From NCBI GenBank assembly GCA_041736175.1, contig JBGSUI010000124.1:1-31331 (forward strand): a stretch of 31,331 bases of DNA, written 5' to 3'. Every line of letters starts with the position of its first letter. Within the stretch, counting starts at the first letter, position 1. A model generated the notes under the pieces. The model did no database searches. It saw only the letters and a list, made by a program, of their open reading frames with translations, and was not told the origin of the DNA. Both the position numbers and the translations under genes were made by a program. Source of the stretch: Oligoflexales bacterium (lineage in GTDB: Bacteria > Bdellovibrionota_B > Oligoflexia > Oligoflexales > CAIYRB01). Shown in pieces: positions 27,804-31,331 of the stretch.

Positions 27804-27856
27804 GAGTTTTTTAAAAGCAAAAAAAACAGAATCTTACAAGAGAACTGCAAGGACTC

Positions 27857-30289
27857 CTAGACGGGAGTCTTAGCCGCGGGCTGGCGGGGTCCCCGAGATC
27901 CCCGAGAACGGGACCATCGATGGGGGGTACCAGGTGACGCTTTGCTGGCTCCACTTGTCGCCGCTCCTGTTGACCCTCGTTTTGTAGAACCCCTGCGCTG
28001 AAAGGCACGCTTTTTAGCCCATGGAGCGACTGTTGTGGCTCCCGTTTGTTCTAGCCGTGCCTCATCTGTAGCCTTAGCGATCTCCTGACCATGGAGGTCT
28101 CTCGCAAAAATCCTGGTACCCTCGATCACCAGCTGGATGGGACTGGGAGGTTTGCTGCCAACATCAAATCCCTCCACCTCATCAAGCCGCCCCTCTGGTG
28201 CTTTGAGGAGGTCGCCCATGGTTTGCCGATCAAGATACCTGCCGCCGATCTCTTTAAACACCCTAAAGCCGCAACCCGGCCTCTTGCCCAACTGGGGAGC
28301 GCATCCATAGTAGAGGGCCCTCTCTTCTAGGAAGGACTGTTTGCAGGCCGGGCAAGGCCCGAGCTGAGGTTCTTGGCTCAAGATACGGTCTAGGTCTGAA
28401 TCACGACAAATATCCACTAATTCTCGCACATACTGGGTCATTTCCTGCATAAAGGACTGAGGCCGACGCTTGCCACGCTCCACCTCCGACAACTCCAACT
28501 CTAGCTTGCCCGTTAATTCCGGTGAAGTGACCCGGTGGGCATGAATTCTCTGCAAAGAGAGAATAAGATGCATTCCCTTAAAGAGAGGCCGCAGCTGGGC
28601 ATCGATATAGCCCTTGATTTTTAAATTTTGAATAATATCGGCTCTGGTTGCCGCAGTTCCCAAACCTTCGGCAGACACCAATGCCTGGGCTAAAGCTTCG
28701 TCTTCCACGTGGCGGCCCGCAAACTCCATCAATCCTAAGAGCTGGGCCTCGGAAATCCTCTGGGGAGGTTTGGTTTTGTCGGTGAGGAGCGAGGCTTTTA
28801 AACACTTGACCGTAACTCCACAGACTTGGTCCTGGCGAGGATCGAGGGGAGGGAGCTGGACGGTCGAAGGCTCCCCATCGGGACCACCCGACCCTTGGGA
28901 CCCATAGACCTCTAGCCATCCCGGAACTCTCAAGGTCTCCACGGGGCCAGTCCTAAACTTATGTCCCGCCACGGTGGTCGTCCGCACCACCTTATCGTAG
29001 ATCGCAGGAGGGTAAAACGCCGCTATAAACCGGCGCATCACCGCATCGTAAACTTTAGCGTCATCTCCGGTCAGATTTTTTTGAACGCCAGTTGGTATGA
29101 TTGCAAAATGGTCGTCAACTCCATGGTCGTCAAAAATCTTTGAAATATTTTGCGGTCCAGCGGTCAGGATCTGCTGGACAAACCCTCCGTAGGTCCCATG
29201 ATTTTGGAGCTGGTTCCAGAGTTTTTCTATCAGGGGTTTATAGTCTTTGGGCAGACACTGGCTATTGGTCCGTGGATAAGTCAAGACTTTATGCTGTTCG
29301 TAACACCGCTGGGCTGCCTCTAAGGTTCGCTTGGAGTCCCAATGATAACGGGAAGCCATAGATCGTTGGAGTCCTGTTAAGTGAAAAAGCCGCGGTGCCT
29401 GGCGTAGGGACTTATCTCGTTTTTCTTCTGCTGTCCCTTGCTGGCCCTGGGTTTCCGCCACGATGCGAGCGGCGAGGTCACGATCAAAGATCCGGTCCTT
29501 ATGCACTCCAGCCTCGGGAGGTTTGGCCGATTTGTTTTGTGAGGAGCTGGCATCAAACCAGGTTCCCTCATAAAGGTGAGAGGGGGCTTGGAAGGACCCT
29601 TTCACCCGATAAAAAGTCTTAGGGCGATGCTCCAGGATTTCCAATTCCCTCTTGACTAGTAACGTGAGAGTAGGTGTTTGGACTCTCCCTACAGACCAGG
29701 CGCCAGAACCGATGACCTGGCCACCATGGCGCCGCATCCGCTCGCTTGCCGCTCGCGTCCCGTTCATTCCAATCAACCAATCAGCATAGGACCGACAGCT
29801 GGCTGCGGCACCCAGACTATCAAAGTCGGTTCCGTCGCGCAGTTCCTGGAAGGCTTTTCGAATAGAGGCTTGGGTCATGGATCTTAACCAAAGCCGCCTG
29901 GTCCACTTCCGGCACCCCAGGTACTCAATGATCTCGCGAAAGATCAATTCCCCTTCCCGGGCAGCATCGCAGGCATTGATCAGATGGGTGACGTCCTTAC
30001 GGGAGGCAAGCTTGCCCATCTGGGTGAGGCGAGCTTCGTGACCAGGGATCGGCTTTAGGCCAAAATGCTCCGGAATACAGGGCAACGTCTCGAAAGACCA
30101 CTTACGGTAGCGAGGATCGATATCTTCGGGTTCGAGAAGCTGTAAAATATGGCCCACCGCATGGGTGCACAGGTACTCGTCGGATTCCCAAACTCCCGAA
30201 GCAATGGATTTAAACCCCCCCAAGGCTGCGGTGATATCCCTGGCGACACTTGGTTTTTCGGTGATGATAAGACCTTTTCCAGTTGCCAC
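27857..30289 (-). CDS. topB: DNA topoisomerase III (type IA)
   Basis: EKPSVARDI, NACDAAREGELIF, SVGRVQTPTL, catalytic LTYPRT, GLGTAATRA, a Zn-ribbon CPAC and a basic tail. GTG 30289 follows GAGGA; the ORF track start is 30436. Confidence 0.93.
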   Translation of the reverse strand: MATGKGLIITEKPSVARDITAALGGFKSIASGVWESDEYLCTHAVGHILQLLEPEDIDPRYRKWSFETLPCIPEHFGLKPIPGHEARLTQMGKLASRKDVTHLINACDAAREGELIFREIIEYLGCRKWTRRLWLRSMTQASIRKAFQELRDGTDFDSLGAAASCRSYADWLIGMNGTRAASERMRRHGGQVIGSGAWSVGRVQTPTLTLLVKRELEILEHRPKTFYRVKGSFQAPSHLYEGTWFDASSSQNKSAKPPEAGVHKDRIFDRDLAARIVAETQGQQGTAEEKRDKSLRQAPRLFHLTGLQRSMASRYHWDSKRTLEAAQRCYEQHKVLTYPRTNSQCLPKDYKPLIEKLWNQLQNHGTYGGFVQQILTAGPQNISKIFDDHGVDDHFAIIPTGVQKNLTGDDAKVYDAVMRRFIAAFYPPAIYDKVVRTTTVAGHKFRTGPVETLRVPGWLEVYGSQGSGGPDGEPSTVQLPPLDPRQDQVCGVTVKCLKASLLTDKTKPPQRISEAQLLGLMEFAGRHVEDEALAQALVSAEGLGTAATRADIIQNLKIKGYIDAQLRPLFKGMHLILSLQRIHAHRVTSPELTGKLELELSEVERGKRRPQSFMQEMTQYVRELVDICRDSDLDRILSQEPQLGPCPACKQSFLEERALYYGCAPQLGKRPGCGFRVFKEIGGRYLDRQTMGDLLKAPEGRLDEVEGFDVGSKPPSPIQLVIEGTRIFARDLHGQEIAKATDEARLEQTGATTVAPWAKKRAFQRRGSTKRGSTGAATSGASKASPGTPHRWSRSRGSRGPRQPAAKTPV

Positions 30290-30469
30290 GGGGATTCCTC
30301 TCAAGACTCGTTTGACCACAAGCGCATTCCACCAGGAATCCCAGGGTGCTGTCCAGCGACATTTCGTGGGCGAAGGAAACTCCTTTAAATCAAAATGATG
30401 GGGGCTCGAAGGCTGCTTCCCTACAGCTCCCACCACAAAACCACTGATTGATCTCGTGGGCCATGCATA

Positions 30470-31199
30470 TTAACGAGATGCCTTTGCATCATCGGCAGCT
30501 CGAGCTCGCTTGATGATCTCGTCGACTGTTTTCCCATCACACAAGCTTGGTGGGTATTGAGTAGAGTATTTGTTGCTGATATCCTCTGCTAATTGTTTCC
30601 ACTTCGAACTACACTGGCCGGGGAGGTATTGGGGCCCTTTGGATTCCCTTGAAACCTTTGTCGCCCTTTCAATCGCCTTCAAGGCTTCGGCCTTTCCACA
30701 CCGCTTAATATCACCGAAGACTGAGGGTCCCTTGGAGCTACTAGGAGCACCACTAGAGAGCGAGCAGGCCTTCTTAGCGTCAGAAGCGATGCTGACCTTA
30801 AGGGCTTCCTCAACGTATGGCGCTGAGCAATATATAGCTCGCCACCACTTTTCATAGGCGGGGGTAGTTTCAATGGAACAAGTAGGTTCGTGGTGAAATT
30901 GCACAATATTGCGAAAACCGATGCTATGAATGCTTAGGAATATGCGAGGTTCGCCGTTTTTGGTAAGTTCGACAAACCCATAGAGCATTTCTTTGTTGCC
31001 CGGCCCCCTTTTGTAAACCGGGTTATAAACACTAGATCTACGGTATTCAAAGTCGGTAAAGAGGGTACCCCAATTTTCTTTATCGAGAGGAACAGCGGTA
31101 AGTCTGATAAATTCAAATAATTTAGCGCCCCATTCGCAATCTCCCTGCCTAAAAACATCGTATTGCACATCGGTAATTTGATATTTAAAAGATTGAAGA
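30470..31199 (-). pseudogene. Hypothetical protein, probably a 3' fragment of a gene interrupted at ~31200
   Basis: The 232-aa ORF from GTG 31168 has no evident RBS. The frame stays open upstream until a TAA (31205..31207) inside the inverted repeat. Confidence 0.5.
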
Positions 31200-31296
31200 G
31201 AGTCTTATCCGAAGCGCCCACCCAAAGACCAATTTTGGTTGATTTTTGAAAATGAGATCGAATCCCCCGTAACCGTGGGCGGTTTGGATAAGAGCC
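31200..31296. mobile_element. MITE-like ~97-bp element with terminal inverted repeats
   Basis: TCTTATCCGAAGCGCCCAC (31203..31221) versus GTGGGCGGTTTGGATAAGA (31275..31293): 17/19 complementary. No exact target duplication seen. Confidence 0.55.
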
Positions 31297-31331
31297 CAAT
31301 GAACTAAGCGCGCGAGCACAAAGCTATGGGG

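Noticed and set aside
30290..30436. N-terminal extension of TopB, and an SRP-RNA-like GGAAGCAGC motif on the minus strand
   Set aside because: GTG 30289 has the RBS and matches the family start. The SRP helix-8 context (CAGG...GNRA loop) is absent.
1268..31299. Many short antisense or nested ORFs in the track (e.g. 4725..5207, 23093..23593, 26762..27196, 30934..31299)
   Set aside because: Shadow frames of well-supported genes with no RBS or recognisable motifs.
1..31331. tRNA, rRNA, riboswitch or CRISPR features
   Set aside because: None recognised by eye; an Infernal/Rfam scan would be needed to exclude them.

Overview
A 31.3 kb bacterial chromosomal region. The many lipoproteins and secreted hydrolases, plus a sigma54-type promoter, suggest Oligoflexia/Bdellovibrionota (inference only). 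Left to right: the right end of a probable ISKra4-type IS cutting a lipoprotein gene; a DPBB/expansin-like protein with a Cys/Trp-rich tail; an operon of B12-radical SAM, methyltransferase, DUF3050 and MFS genes; a crotonase; a ~9.5 kb block of mostly lipoproteins and hydrolases; SppA; a VC0807-family membrane protein; a 52-aa ORF missed by the ORF track; a five-gene Opp/Dpp-type ABC importer resembling oligosaccharide importers; topoisomerase III; and a gene apparently split by a ~97-bp MITE-like element. The best hidden structure is a 1,272-bp transposase-free cassette (14941..16212). It has 24-bp imperfect terminal inverted repeats (TGATAT...ATATCA), is flanked by a perfect 21-bp duplication of the last seven codons of the M28 peptidase gene, and carries one PNGase F-like gene. 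Its terminal bases supply a new stop codon, so the host protein is unchanged. All family calls come from motif recognition by eye; no searches were run.
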